This document shows, piece after piece, positions 19,545 through 29,847 of a DNA stretch of 64,000 nucleotides. How positions within the stretch are numbered: the first letter of the stretch is position 1; each line of letters begins with the position of its first letter. The stretch comes from Candidatus Melainabacteria bacterium 17Bon1m (lineage in GTDB: Bacteria > Cyanobacteriota > Vampirovibrionia > Obscuribacterales > Obscuribacteraceae): assembly GCA_032128875.1 (NCBI GenBank), contig JAVLKG010000005.1, positions 416,001-480,000 of the forward strand. The letters run 5' to 3'. The notes beneath the pieces were generated by a model. It was not told the DNA's origin, ran no database searches, and saw only the letters and a program-made list of their open reading frames with translations. The translations under genes and the position numbers were made by a program.

Positions 19545-20444
19545 ATGAGTGATAGAGTTCTAATATTTGGCGGCTCCGGAATGCTGGGGCACAAGCTAAG
19601 TCAGGTTGTATCCAAAGAAGCCGACACTTTTGTGACGATGAGAAGTGCCGATTTGGCGCTCAAGTATCCGGGTGTATTCGGCAAGACAAAAGTGATCGAA
19701 GGCGTTGACGCTCAAAATGCCGAGAGCGTGGACAGAGCTTTCCAGGTCGCCAGTCCTACCGTCGTTGTCAATGCCGTCGGCATAGTGAAGCAGATTGCCA
19801 CTTCAAAAGATGCAGTGAACAGTATCACTGTGAATTCCGTCTTCCCTCACCGACTTGCTGAGCGGTGTGTTCGCGATGGTATTAGGCTCATTTCCATATC
19901 CACTGATTGCGTGTTCTCGGGTAATCGCGGCAATTATTCGGAAGAGGATGCACCGGATCCGCAAGATCAGTATGGCCGCACAAAGCTGTTGGGCGAAATC
20001 GATTTGCCCAATTGTTTGACTTTTAGAACTTCAATAATCGGACCGCAGATACAGGGCGAGTATTCGCTTTTGGAATGGTTTATGCGGCAAAAAGGAGGAA
20101 GCATCAAAGGTTACCGTAAAGCGATTTTTACGGGCTGGCCCACAATTGAGCTGGCTGAAATTGTCACTAAGGTGATAACTCTGCATCGTGAGCTAAGCGG
20201 CATCTATCACGTCGCCACTCAACCTATATCAAAGTTTGAACTGCTATCGCTTATTAACGACGCCTATGAATTAAATGTGGAGATTGCACCTGACGATGTA
20301 TTTGATTGCAATCGTTCACTCAATGGATCGCAGTTTCAAGCGAAAACCGGCATCGTAGCGAAGCCGTGGAAAGAGCTTGTCCAGCATATGCGCGCGGATT
20401 CGGCACTATATTCGGTGCTGGCTTCCTCCGCTGTTTCAAAGTAA
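19545..20444 (+). CDS. RmlD-family NDP-4-keto-6-deoxysugar reductase (QnlA/WbvR-like)
   Basis: GGSGMLG, NAVGIVKQ, ISTDCVFSG, YGRTK, RTSIIG. Confidence 0.85.
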   Translation: MSDRVLIFGGSGMLGHKLSQVVSKEADTFVTMRSADLALKYPGVFGKTKVIEGVDAQNAESVDRAFQVASPTVVVNAVGIVKQIATSKDAVNSITVNSVFPHRLAERCVRDGIRLISISTDCVFSGNRGNYSEEDAPDPQDQYGRTKLLGEIDLPNCLTFRTSIIGPQIQGEYSLLEWFMRQKGGSIKGYRKAIFTGWPTIELAEIVTKVITLHRELSGIYHVATQPISKFELLSLINDAYELNVEIAPDDVFDCNRSLNGSQFQAKTGIVAKPWKELVQHMRADSALYSVLASSAVSK

Positions 20445-20498
20445 ATTGGTTTTTCAAAGGCAAATTCAAGTCTAAATTCAGGAGCGGAAATTTCGGAA

Positions 20499-21290
20499 AT
20501 GACGGTATCTTCAGTGGCTGTGTCTAAAGAGCAGAATGTGACAAATTCTGAGAAAACCAGCCGGCATCAGTGGGAAAAGATCAAGAAGCCACCTACGTTT
20601 TGCGTGGTATTACCGGTCTGCAATGCGCAGGAAAAGATTGCAAAACGTGTTAGTGCAATAGTCAAAGTTCTGGATAACATCAGAGCACGAACCACGATAA
20701 TTGTTGTCAACGACGGAAGCCGCGACCAAACTTCTCTCGTTCTTCAGCAGCTCACGCAGGTATATCCGCAACTTGTAACCATCAACCGTCCGGAGCGGAA
20801 AGGCTACGGAAGTGCTACAAGAGCGGGCTTCCGGGCGGCGATCGATCACGGCTTTGATTACGCGCTCGTCTTGGACGGCGAAGCTCCGGCAAATGCTGAG
20901 TCAATTGAAGACTTTCTGCGTCCGATGCTGCTCTCGTACGATTTCATCAAGGCTTCGAGATATTCGCCATATAGCAAAGTGCGCGGAGTTTCGATGGTAA
21001 GGCGGTTCACATCGGTCATATTCAATAGGGTAGCCAGAAGAATTGTAGACTTGCCGATTACGGATTATTCCAACGGCGTCAGAGCAATTAAATGCACCTT
21101 GCTTGCGCGTATGATGACCGAGGAATGCGGACCGGCGTTATTGATCGAGGAAATCGTGCAGGGCAAAAGGCTGGGCGCGAAGTTTTTTGAGGTTCCTCAC
21201 ACACTTACACCGATGGGCAGCGAGTCGCTGTACTCCGCTTCTCCATCCACGTCAGACTATGGCAAATACTTGAAGCATTTGCTCGGATAG
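20499..21290 (+). CDS. GT2, dolichol-phosphate-mannose-synthase-like, possibly degenerate
   Basis: VNDGSRDQT, GYGSA, ASRY, ITDYSNGVRA; the DxD region reads LDGEAP. Confidence 0.75.
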   Translation: MTVSSVAVSKEQNVTNSEKTSRHQWEKIKKPPTFCVVLPVCNAQEKIAKRVSAIVKVLDNIRARTTIIVVNDGSRDQTSLVLQQLTQVYPQLVTINRPERKGYGSATRAGFRAAIDHGFDYALVLDGEAPANAESIEDFLRPMLLSYDFIKASRYSPYSKVRGVSMVRRFTSVIFNRVARRIVDLPITDYSNGVRAIKCTLLARMMTEECGPALLIEEIVQGKRLGAKFFEVPHTLTPMGSESLYSASPSTSDYGKYLKHLLG

Positions 21291-21308
21291 TTCAACAAAA
21301 GGGAGAGT

Positions 21309-22625
21309 ATGCACGTGAGCGTCGCATCTGCTAAAACCGCCAGAGATATCGATAAAGCAAGGAGCGTAGAAGTGAAGTGCGCATTTTGCTCCGGCAAAAA
21401 GATGCACAGCATTATCGATTTTGGTGATGTCGCCTTGGCCGGCGGCTTTCTCAAGAAAGACGACATTGCTAAGGAGCCAAAGTTTCCACTGCGTACTTTT
21501 TTCTGTACTGAATGCTATGCCGTCCAGGTCGTAGATATTGTCGAGCCTGAGGTTCTTTTCAAAAACTACTTTTATTTCTCATCGGCTATACGCTCTCTTA
21601 AAGAGCATTTTGTCGATTATGCGATGGAAGTTTCCTCCCGTTTTCTCAATCCGGAAGAGGCGACGGTTGTTGAATTCGGCTGCAACGACGGTATTTTGCT
21701 CAAGCCATTTGCCGACCAAAAAGTTCGCACTCTAATCGGTGTAGATCCCGCAACCAATGTCATCAACACTATTCAAGATCCCAGAATCAAAACGATAAAT
21801 GATTTCTTCGGTCCTCAGGTTGGCGCCGAAATCGAGCAGAAATATGGCAAAGCCGATTTGATTGTCGCCAATAATGTCTATGCGCATATTCCCGATATCA
21901 ATGGCGTCACCACCGCCGTAAGAGATCTCCTTAAGGATGACGGTGTATTCGTCTTCGAAGTCCATTATCTCGGTAAGGTCATCGAGGGACTGCAGTACGA
22001 CATGATTTATCACGAGCATCTCTACTATTACTCGTTGATAGCTCTGCAAAACCACTTTGCGCGTTATGACATGACTGTCTTCGACGTGAAGCCGATTCCT
22101 ATTCACGGCGGCTCGATGCGCTATTACGTGACGAAAAACGGCAGCAAGTATGCCAAGAATATCTCGGCGCGTGTTGAGCTACTTGCAAAAGACGAGCGGC
22201 AGAAAGGCTACGACAAGCTGGAAACATACGCTACTTTCAGCAAAGATGTCGCCGAAAGAAGAGACCAGCTCATGAGTTTGCTCTCCAGGCTAAAGAAAAA
22301 TGGGCGCACAATCGCCGGATACGGTGCGTCAGGGCGCGCCAACACCATAATTCAATACTCTGGAATAACGCATGAGCACATCGATTATATGATCGACGAT
22401 GCCCCAGCTAAAGAAGGATTTTGCACGCCGGGATCGCATTTTGAGATTTTTTCCAATCGACGATTGAAAGAAAATCGTCCTGACTATTTGTTGATTTTTG
22501 CTTGGGGATATTTCAATGAGATAGCCGAAAAATGCAGGGATTACCTTGCCTCCGGCGGTCGAATGATTGCTCCTCTTCCCGATGTGAAAGTGGTCTTCGC
22601 TCCAACGCAAGATGCCGATCTGTAG
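21309..22625 (+). CDS. NDP-sugar C-methyltransferase (TylCIII/NovU/TcaB9 family)
   Basis: Zn motif CAFC...CTECYAVQ, EFGCNDG, NNVYAHIPD, YDMIYHEHLYYYS, IHGGSMR, YGAS. Confidence 0.9.
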   Translation: MHVSVASAKTARDIDKARSVEVKCAFCSGKKMHSIIDFGDVALAGGFLKKDDIAKEPKFPLRTFFCTECYAVQVVDIVEPEVLFKNYFYFSSAIRSLKEHFVDYAMEVSSRFLNPEEATVVEFGCNDGILLKPFADQKVRTLIGVDPATNVINTIQDPRIKTINDFFGPQVGAEIEQKYGKADLIVANNVYAHIPDINGVTTAVRDLLKDDGVFVFEVHYLGKVIEGLQYDMIYHEHLYYYSLIALQNHFARYDMTVFDVKPIPIHGGSMRYYVTKNGSKYAKNISARVELLAKDERQKGYDKLETYATFSKDVAERRDQLMSLLSRLKKNGRTIAGYGASGRANTIIQYSGITHEHIDYMIDDAPAKEGFCTPGSHFEIFSNRRLKENRPDYLLIFAWGYFNEIAEKCRDYLASGGRMIAPLPDVKVVFAPTQDADL

Positions 22626-22669
22626 GATTGATACAAAAGTGTCTGGTACGTTTAGCAAGGTAATCTGAT

Positions 22670-23752
22670 TTGAAAGTAGTGACGATTTTTGGCACAAGAC
22701 CGGAGATGATCAAGCTCTGGTCAACCATGCGATTGCTCGATGAATTGAACTTTGAGCATATTATGGTTCATACCGGGCAAAATTTTACGCCTGAACTGAA
22801 GGATTTCTTCTTCACTGATTTGAAACTCAGAAAGCCTGATTATCAGCTGCAAATCGACACTTCCAGTTATGCAAAAGAAGTGGCTGACGTGATTATCCAG
22901 ACCGATGCATTGTTTGAGAAAATCAAACCAGATGCGCTGTTGATCCTAGGCGACACATTCAGCGGATTGTCTGTAATGCCTGCGTCTCAGCGCGGCATCA
23001 AGTCTTTCCATATGGAAGCAGGATTGCGCGCTTGGGACTGTCGCATGCCCGAGCAGAGAAACAGAAAATTGATCGATCACGCTTCGTACATCAATCTGCC
23101 GTTTAACCAGTATCATCGCGAGAACCTCATGCGGGAAGGAATTCACCCGTCTCGCATTTTCGTAACAGGCAACCCGACATTTGAAGTTATTCGCGCATTT
23201 TTGCCTGAAATCGAATCTTGCGATGTGCTTGAACGCCTTAACCTTGATGATAAGGGCTATGTTCTCGTTACTGCGCACCGTTCGGAGAATGTGGACAATC
23301 CGGTTTATCTGAATGCGATCATTGGAGCGCTAGGCGAGATTCACAAGCGTTTCAACAAGAAAGTTGTTTACCCCATGCACCCGCGAACGCAAAGTAAGCT
23401 GAAGGGAATTGATGTGCCGAAGGGCGTCGAGATCATGAATCCACTCGGATTTTACGATTTCAACAAACTCTACATGAAGGCATTTTGTGTTCTCTCGGAC
23501 TCCGGGACGGCTCCGGAAGAAGCTTATTACTGGAAGGTGCCATGCGTCAGCCTGCGCATGACTACGGAGCGTCCAGAGTCTGTTGAAGGCGGCGCACACA
23601 TTGTCGCCGGTATGGATCAAAACAATATTGTCGAGTCTGTGGAAACAGTAACAAGGCAGAAGTGGATGGGACGTTATTCTCTCGAGGAAGATTTCAGCCC
23701 GTCTGCAGTGGTGGCTAACGTTATGCGCAGTCAGATTACCAACTTTTTCTAG
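22670..23752 (+). CDS. Non-hydrolysing UDP-HexNAc 2-epimerase (FnlC/WbjD/QnlB type)
   Basis: GTRPEMIK, HTGQN, LGDT, HMEAGLR, MPEQRNR, TAHRSENVD, SDSGT, TERPE. Confidence 0.9.
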   Translation: MKVVTIFGTRPEMIKLWSTMRLLDELNFEHIMVHTGQNFTPELKDFFFTDLKLRKPDYQLQIDTSSYAKEVADVIIQTDALFEKIKPDALLILGDTFSGLSVMPASQRGIKSFHMEAGLRAWDCRMPEQRNRKLIDHASYINLPFNQYHRENLMREGIHPSRIFVTGNPTFEVIRAFLPEIESCDVLERLNLDDKGYVLVTAHRSENVDNPVYLNAIIGALGEIHKRFNKKVVYPMHPRTQSKLKGIDVPKGVEIMNPLGFYDFNKLYMKAFCVLSDSGTAPEEAYYWKVPCVSLRMTTERPESVEGGAHIVAGMDQNNIVESVETVTRQKWMGRYSLEEDFSPSAVVANVMRSQITNFF

Positions 23753-23754
23753 TA

Positions 23755-24921
23755 ATGGCAGAGGACGAAATGACGAGTTCAACCACCGATAAGCGCGGCA
23801 CAAAGAGCGAGCGACTGACGGGCGCAGCGATTAGGCTGGTACGAAATGTGCCGGGACTCAAAGAATCCGTTCTTACTGGTGTAGCGTTTTTGACTCGCCA
23901 TGAAACAGGCTATCTTCAGGCTCGTGTCGAGAAGCTGGAAGCAGCAAGCCACGAGCTCAACAATAGAATTGTCGAGCTAACATCTCTACAAGCGAGCATT
24001 TCCACTCATCTTGCTGCCGAGCAGAAACTCAACGCGGATGTAAAAAACGAGGTTGGCGCTTTCCGCCGATTGGTCTTCCTCGACAAGCGCCGTGAGCTAC
24101 TGGCGAAAAGTTTTCCCGATTATGCAGGACATCTTCCTCCGGCTGGCGATTTGCGGGTTGAGCTTAATAAGGCATTGGTGGCAGCCAGCATGCCTGTTAT
24201 CGTTTTTACACACATACAAAAAACAGCGGGTAACAGCGTGATTGCCTATTTGCGCCGCTGCCTGACTAAAGAAAGAGTGGTGCGAATTCACGAATTGGAA
24301 ATGGCGACAACCGATGAAACACGTGCCGTCGTTGATTCCAAATTTGGGTTGTATGACGTGCTTGCCGGTCACATCCCGTACTCTCGTGGTGTCGATCGAA
24401 TGACGGACAGAGAGAGCGTCAATATTAGTATTATGCGAGAGCCCATCGATAGGGTAGTCTCGCTGTATTACTACCTGAAGGCAAATGCGAGCTGGCTCGA
24501 ACAGGGCAAACGCATTGTTGCCGAGAATATGTCCATTGCTGATTTTGCCTACAGCGATATCTATTTCGACAATCATATGGTGCGCATGCTTTGCGACCAA
24601 GATCCCGCTCGTGCGCCGCTGGGTGACTGCACGCCGGATATGCTGGAGCAAGCCAAGATCAATGTGCTGCGAAACTTCTTGCTGGTTGGCGTGACAGAGG
24701 AAATTCACGATTTCCTGGCGGTTTTGGCAGAACTCTTTTGCTGGTCTTTGGATGATGTGCCGAAAGAGAACGTAAATGAGGCGCGTGCGCCGCTGTCGAA
24801 AGTGTCACCCGATGCTATTAATGCTCTTTCAGATCGCAACAAATATGACGTAGCGCTTTATCAATTTGTCAAAGGTGTTTGGTCGGACACAATGGCTGCG
24901 CGCTCGAACCGCCCGAGGTAG
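23755..24921 (+). CDS. Carbohydrate sulfotransferase (Sulfotransfer_2-like) with N-terminal coiled coil
   Basis: 5'-PSB HIQKTAGNS, 3'-PB MREPIDRVVSLY, VGVTE, NKYDVALY. Confidence 0.85.
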   Translation: MAEDEMTSSTTDKRGTKSERLTGAAIRLVRNVPGLKESVLTGVAFLTRHETGYLQARVEKLEAASHELNNRIVELTSLQASISTHLAAEQKLNADVKNEVGAFRRLVFLDKRRELLAKSFPDYAGHLPPAGDLRVELNKALVAASMPVIVFTHIQKTAGNSVIAYLRRCLTKERVVRIHELEMATTDETRAVVDSKFGLYDVLAGHIPYSRGVDRMTDRESVNISIMREPIDRVVSLYYYLKANASWLEQGKRIVAENMSIADFAYSDIYFDNHMVRMLCDQDPARAPLGDCTPDMLEQAKINVLRNFLLVGVTEEIHDFLAVLAELFCWSLDDVPKENVNEARAPLSKVSPDAINALSDRNKYDVALYQFVKGVWSDTMAARSNRPR

Positions 24922-25051
24922 CGGACTCTTGGGTTGCTGAGTTGTGTTTAACACAAGGCCATTTATTTGAGGCGGTCCAGCTCTCACGGTTCCAAGGCAG
25001 TCGCAGTCATTCTTTGATATGATCGCCGCCTCAGTGCAATTGGAGTAGGTC

Positions 25052-26122
25052 ATGCTGACCGATAAGAACGTAGTTGTTTTTGGTGGAACCGGCTCTCTGG
25101 GCAAGCTTCTAGTGAGGCGATTGCTGGCTGGTGAATGCGGCAAGTTGAAGAAGCTGATGATTGTCTCGCGGGACGAAGCGAAGCAGCACTTCATGCGCCT
25201 CGAGCTGCAGCAATTGTCAGTGGCTACCGACGAGCTTTTCTATCGCAATTACGAGCGCGTTGTGCAGTTTCACATTGGTGATATCCGCGACTATAGCTCG
25301 GTCCGAACCGCCATACGCGATGCTGATGTAGTCTTCAATGCAGCTGCGCTAAAGCAAGTGCCCGCCTGTGAGTACTTTCCGTATGAGGCCGTTTTGACCA
25401 ATATCGTCGGAGCAGAGAATATCGCCCGCGCAATTCGCGAGAATCCGTTGCGAGTTCAGACTGTTATTGGTGTTTCTACAGACAAAGCCTGCAAGCCTGT
25501 CAATGTGATGGGCATGACGAAAGCCATTCAAGAACGCATTTATGGTCGTGCCAATCTCGATTGCGAGAACACTCGTTTTGCCTGTGTCAGATATGGCAAT
25601 GTGCTTGCTTCACGTGGTTCTGTAATTCCGCTGTTTCACGAGCAAATTGCCTGCGGCGGTCCTGTGACCATCACAACGGAAACAATGACTCGTTTCTTGC
25701 TTCCTTTAGACCACGCCGTCGATACGATTTTCGCCTGCCTGAAAGGCGCCAAACCTGGGGAAATTTATGTCCCGAAGTGCCCGGCGGCGAACATCCGCGA
25801 TCTCGCTGAAGTCATGATTGGCGACTCTGGTTTGGAGATCAAAGTCATAGGCATTCGTCCTGGCGAAAAGGAGCACGAATCGCTGGTTTCGGACGAGGAA
25901 TCGCACCGTACCACTGAGCGTGACGGCTATTATGTTGTGCAGCCGATACTGCCGGAATTACAGCACGGTGAATTCAAGCCTGCCGATATCGCCGGCTTAG
26001 AGTACGACTCGCGTAAGGATTTGATGGACAAGAAGCAAATCAAAGAGTTGCTTGAAGCGAATGATTTGCTGCGTCCGCACGCAATCGCAGTGCGCATGAA
26101 AGAGACTGCTGCCAAGCGCTAA
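25052..26122 (+). CDS. UDP-GlcNAc 4,6-dehydratase/epimerase (FnlA/WbjB/CapE family)
   Basis: GGTGSLG, SRDEAKQ, AAALKQVP, STDKACKPVNVMGMTK, RYGNVLASRGSV, GIRPGEKEHE. Confidence 0.9.
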   Translation: MLTDKNVVVFGGTGSLGKLLVRRLLAGECGKLKKLMIVSRDEAKQHFMRLELQQLSVATDELFYRNYERVVQFHIGDIRDYSSVRTAIRDADVVFNAAALKQVPACEYFPYEAVLTNIVGAENIARAIRENPLRVQTVIGVSTDKACKPVNVMGMTKAIQERIYGRANLDCENTRFACVRYGNVLASRGSVIPLFHEQIACGGPVTITTETMTRFLLPLDHAVDTIFACLKGAKPGEIYVPKCPAANIRDLAEVMIGDSGLEIKVIGIRPGEKEHESLVSDEESHRTTERDGYYVVQPILPELQHGEFKPADIAGLEYDSRKDLMDKKQIKELLEANDLLRPHAIAVRMKETAAKR

Positions 26123-26129
26123 CTGTCGC

Positions 26130-27386
26130 CTAATTCGCCTGCGCTCGAGATGCGACCGCGCTTCGCCCGCGGCGTTGCATAACATCTTGGTAAACGGCAA
26201 TTAGTCTGTCGATGTATTCTTTTTCGCTGTAATGCTGAACTGCGAGCTTTCTGCCTTTGTTGCCGAGCGAGCGGCGCTTGCTCTCATTCTCGATAAGCTC
26301 CTTCAGCGCCGCTGCAAGCGCATCTGAATCACCTTTCTTGACGCTGATGCCATAGTCCGGCGCAAATGTCGTCTCAGGAAGTGCTGTACCGTCGAAAACA
26401 ACGCAAGGCTTGCCGCAAGCCATTGCCTCCACCGCCATCATGCCGAATGACTCTCCTTCGGAGGGCATGAGGAAAATGTCGGTAGCCTGATAAGCATCGA
26501 TCATCTCTTCGTTTGATTCCAGCCAGCCCATGTCGATAATCTGATACCGTCCGAAAAATTCTTCAAAAAGTCCTTTTTGATTGAATGTCAAAATGGTGAT
26601 TGGCTGTTTTACATCCAGCTTTCTAAGGCACTCGAGCGCGTACTGCAAACCCTTGTAAATGCTTGTTGTCGCCCGCAACGCAATGACGATGCTGCCGGGT
26701 TGGACGCCCAGTTTTTGTTTTTTCAACTCCGTGTCGCCGGGACAAAACGAGTCAAGGTCCACCCCTAGTGGAATGCGATGCACCCGCGCTTTTTTCATCA
26801 ATGGAGAAGCTTTTACCATCTCTTCCATCCATTTCGAGCAGACAACCAAATCGAAGTCACTCATTGAATAAGCGAGCTGTTTCACCTTCCACATCAGGTG
26901 TGTGTTGTCCTTCTTCATGGAGAATTCCACATCGAGCGACGGGCAATTTCCACATCCTTCTTTCCATTTTGCGCAATCGAATGGATGGACGCAGTGGCCT
27001 GTCAGCGCCCATGGATCGTGCAGAGTCCAGACCGATGGTTTTAACTGCGTCAATCCGGGCAATGCCATTAGATTGAAGAAACCTGTATGAATCAAGTGAT
27101 AGTGGGCAAGATCGGCTGCTTTGAATTGTGGATGTTTTGAGAATTCAAAGGCGAGTGGAGAGAGCAGCGATTGCAGTGATAGGCTCTGCTCCAGCTTTGC
27201 GGCTGTCTGATGGATTTTTGAGCGTAGCGTTCCTGTGTAAAACTCGTAAGTCGTATCATCGGTGCCGCGCTTACGCCACACTACGTGGGAGGACTCTAAG
27301 CCTCTTCGAATCAGCTGGTGATGCAGGTCTTGTCCATTGAACCGGGCTCCCTCAACATCGGTGACGCCGACTTGAACAACCCTCAT
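26130..27386 (-). CDS. GT4 glycosyltransferase (WcaC-like)
   Basis: VWTLHDPWALTGHC, C-x-x-W-x-x-x-C-x-x-CP, ESFGMMAVEAMACG. Confidence 0.9.
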   Translation of the reverse strand: MRVVQVGVTDVEGARFNGQDLHHQLIRRGLESSHVVWRKRGTDDTTYEFYTGTLRSKIHQTAAKLEQSLSLQSLLSPLAFEFSKHPQFKAADLAHYHLIHTGFFNLMALPGLTQLKPSVWTLHDPWALTGHCVHPFDCAKWKEGCGNCPSLDVEFSMKKDNTHLMWKVKQLAYSMSDFDLVVCSKWMEEMVKASPLMKKARVHRIPLGVDLDSFCPGDTELKKQKLGVQPGSIVIALRATTSIYKGLQYALECLRKLDVKQPITILTFNQKGLFEEFFGRYQIIDMGWLESNEEMIDAYQATDIFLMPSEGESFGMMAVEAMACGKPCVVFDGTALPETTFAPDYGISVKKGDSDALAAALKELIENESKRRSLGNKGRKLAVQHYSEKEYIDRLIAVYQDVMQRRGRSAVASRAQAN

Positions 27387-28666
27387 TTTGATGGGCCTCT
27401 GGATTCGGCCATTGCAAGAGTTTTCAAAAATTGTGCGCGCATGTGTTCGTCCGTAAGGTTTTGCGCGAAAGCCTTGTGACCGTTTTGCGCCACTTGTGCA
27501 TATCTGTCTGTGTCTCTAACCAGCCTGCTGAGAGCGTTCGATATCGCCGATTTCGCCAGTCCGTGACAAAGCATTCCGGCATCGTGTTCTTTGAGGAACT
27601 TAAAGGGTGATGAATACTCTGGTCCGTGCAACAACACAGGGCGCCCAGACGCAAGATATGTTGTTAGTTTTGATGGGAAGCTGAGCCGGGCGGTCGATTC
27701 TAGTTGTCTGTCGAAAAAGTATGGGCAATAGAGAATGTCGCACTGTGAAAGGATTTCGATTGATTCGAGCTGATCGCGCCAGCCCAAGTATTGAATGTTT
27801 CGCTTGTTGAAACCTTCGAGCTCGAATTCTCTGCCTAGCATTTTTATTTCGACGTCTCGCCCCTCGACCTTCCAATCCAGGGCATCAAGGGTTTCCAGCA
27901 ATGCATTCCATTCGTCCTTTGAATACATTTGACCAGCAAAACCAATCACTAATTTGTTGCTGTCATTCAGTCTTGTTGCCGGTTGTTTTGCCCATGTTTG
28001 TGGCAAGCCGGGGACTACAGGAATGGCTTTGCAGCCGTGTTCTCGATTGTACGTTTCCGCCATTGACCAGGACGCGGCAGCGACTGCTTGTGAGTTTTTC
28101 AAAACACTGGAGAAGGTTTTCAACACGCCATTTACAGACCAGCCATCGACACTATTGCTGCGCATCCACCACTGCGGCGGATCCCAGACCTGTGTCACCA
28201 TAGGCAGTGGCACGGTTTTTTGAATCTGATCGGCAAGGCGTATCATCGTCTGGCCTTCCAGAGTACAGAAAATCAGCTCGGGCTTTGTTTCTTTGATAAA
28301 TTGCCTGACCTGTTCTGCAAGTTGTGGAACAGTGACACTGGCAGTGTAAGTTTCCTTAAAGTAACATTCGAGTGAACCAAGCCTACGCGGCAGATGCCGA
28401 GTTTGTGCCTCCCTCGGTCTGAGCACTGCTTTGTAGGGAATGCCCTCCAGTTCTGGGTGCATTTCCACTTTCATGCGTGGATTCAATACGGAAAAGCAAC
28501 TCAAGTTGTCTGCTTTCAAAGACTGGCACATTGAATGCAGCATTAACCCGCCCGTGTAGCGGGTGTTTGGCGGCACGACGGAAAGCAGTAAGATGCGCTT
28601 GTTGGCGACTGAGTTTTCTTGCTTGCCTGCGATAATAGGTGGCGGACAAACTTCCATGATGGTCAA
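27383..28666 (-). CDS. GT-B fold glycosyltransferase (paralog family A, copy 1)
   Basis: IGFAGQMY, CDILYCPYFFD, RLSFPSKLTTYLASGRPVLLHGP. Confidence 0.8.
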   Translation of the reverse strand: MTIMEVCPPPIIAGKQENSVANKRILLLSVVPPNTRYTGGLMLHSMCQSLKADNLSCFSVLNPRMKVEMHPELEGIPYKAVLRPREAQTRHLPRRLGSLECYFKETYTASVTVPQLAEQVRQFIKETKPELIFCTLEGQTMIRLADQIQKTVPLPMVTQVWDPPQWWMRSNSVDGWSVNGVLKTFSSVLKNSQAVAAASWSMAETYNREHGCKAIPVVPGLPQTWAKQPATRLNDSNKLVIGFAGQMYSKDEWNALLETLDALDWKVEGRDVEIKMLGREFELEGFNKRNIQYLGWRDQLESIEILSQCDILYCPYFFDRQLESTARLSFPSKLTTYLASGRPVLLHGPEYSSPFKFLKEHDAGMLCHGLAKSAISNALSRLVRDTDRYAQVAQNGHKAFAQNLTDEHMRAQFLKTLAMAESRGPSK

Positions 28667-28752
28667 TAATTCAGCGTTATAGCACTATTCTGGTAGTCAA
28701 TAGAGATTAAACTGTTTTGTCCGTCCACGGATTGACTGTAGTTAATAATCCA

Positions 28753-29808
28753 ATGAAAAGTCAGATAAAGTCACTTTTGAAGCGGATACCTGTTGTGCGG
28801 CGATACGCCCCTCACCTTCGCTCCATGCTGGCTAATTCGAGCGTCAAAGGCGCCGCGCCTGTCAAACGTTCTTTGACAGCGTCTCAGGTCTCAGACATCG
28901 TCCAGGAGTTCTTAAAACGCCCAGGAGGCGAAAGAGAGCTCTATAAGGCTATGAGAGAGCGCGGTGTTTTCGTTTTGCCTGACCATTATTACCGCCCATT
29001 TGTGGACCCTACGAACCTGCCGCCCGACTTCTGGTCAAGCCGCTCTAGCCTGTGTGGTTGGACTGTCGATGCGGACGAATCGCTTAGCTGGGCCGAGAGA
29101 GAGTTGAATGAATACTTTCAGGAATTGCGTTCTTTTCTGCCAGTCAACAAAGAAGATAAGCCTGATTCCCGGCTCTATTTGATTAACGGAACGTACATGG
29201 CGGTAGATGCGCACATGTACTATGCCCTTATCCGTCATTTGAAACCAAAGCGAATCATTGAGGTGGGCGCAGGCTTTTCGACGCTGTTTGCGTATGAAGC
29301 ATTAAAACGCGGCAGTTTGTTCGAGCAGACACAATTGCATGTGGTTGAACCATATCCTGAAGCGATTATCAAAGAAGGGCTCGAATCGGTGGCCAAAGTG
29401 CGACGCGAGTTCGTGCAGAATGTGGAGCCTGCTTATTTTGATCAGTTGGAGGCTGGCGACATTTTATTCATCGATTCTACGCATGTCGTAAAAGAAGGCA
29501 ATGACGTTCTTTATCTCTATCTGGAAATTCTTCCGCGCCTGAAACCCGGCGTTTTTGTTCATGTTCACGACATAAATCTGCCCGAGCCGTATCCGTCATG
29601 CTATCTCGATTACGGATGGTTCTGGAACGAGCAGTACTTGTTGCAGGCTTACTTGATCAACAACAGCAAAGTAAAAATTCTCTGGCCGGGAAACTACTTG
29701 ATGTGTGAGGAGCCGGAGAGGATGATCAAACTGTTTCCGGATATCAAAGACATGCGCGCTGTTTACCCGCTTTCCGGACCGTCGGCATTTTGGTTTCAAA
29801 CTGTTTAG
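28753..29808 (+). CDS. Class I SAM-dependent methyltransferase (Methyltransf_24-like)
   Basis: IIEVGAGFST, VVEPYP, LFIDSTH, HVHDI, WNEQY; ATG 28753 preferred to TTG 28717. Confidence 0.85.
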   Translation: MKSQIKSLLKRIPVVRRYAPHLRSMLANSSVKGAAPVKRSLTASQVSDIVQEFLKRPGGERELYKAMRERGVFVLPDHYYRPFVDPTNLPPDFWSSRSSLCGWTVDADESLSWAERELNEYFQELRSFLPVNKEDKPDSRLYLINGTYMAVDAHMYYALIRHLKPKRIIEVGAGFSTLFAYEALKRGSLFEQTQLHVVEPYPEAIIKEGLESVAKVRREFVQNVEPAYFDQLEAGDILFIDSTHVVKEGNDVLYLYLEILPRLKPGVFVHVHDINLPEPYPSCYLDYGWFWNEQYLLQAYLINNSKVKILWPGNYLMCEEPERMIKLFPDIKDMRAVYPLSGPSAFWFQTV

Positions 29809-29847
29809 CTAGCTAATTCGGCGACAGTTAATTCAAACTCGGAAGCT

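Noticed and set aside
19545-20444. Calling this rmlD of a dTDP-rhamnose pathway
   Set aside because: No rmlA/B/C in the window; the STDCVF subtype and FnlA/FnlC neighbours favour a UDP-6-deoxy-HexNAc reductase
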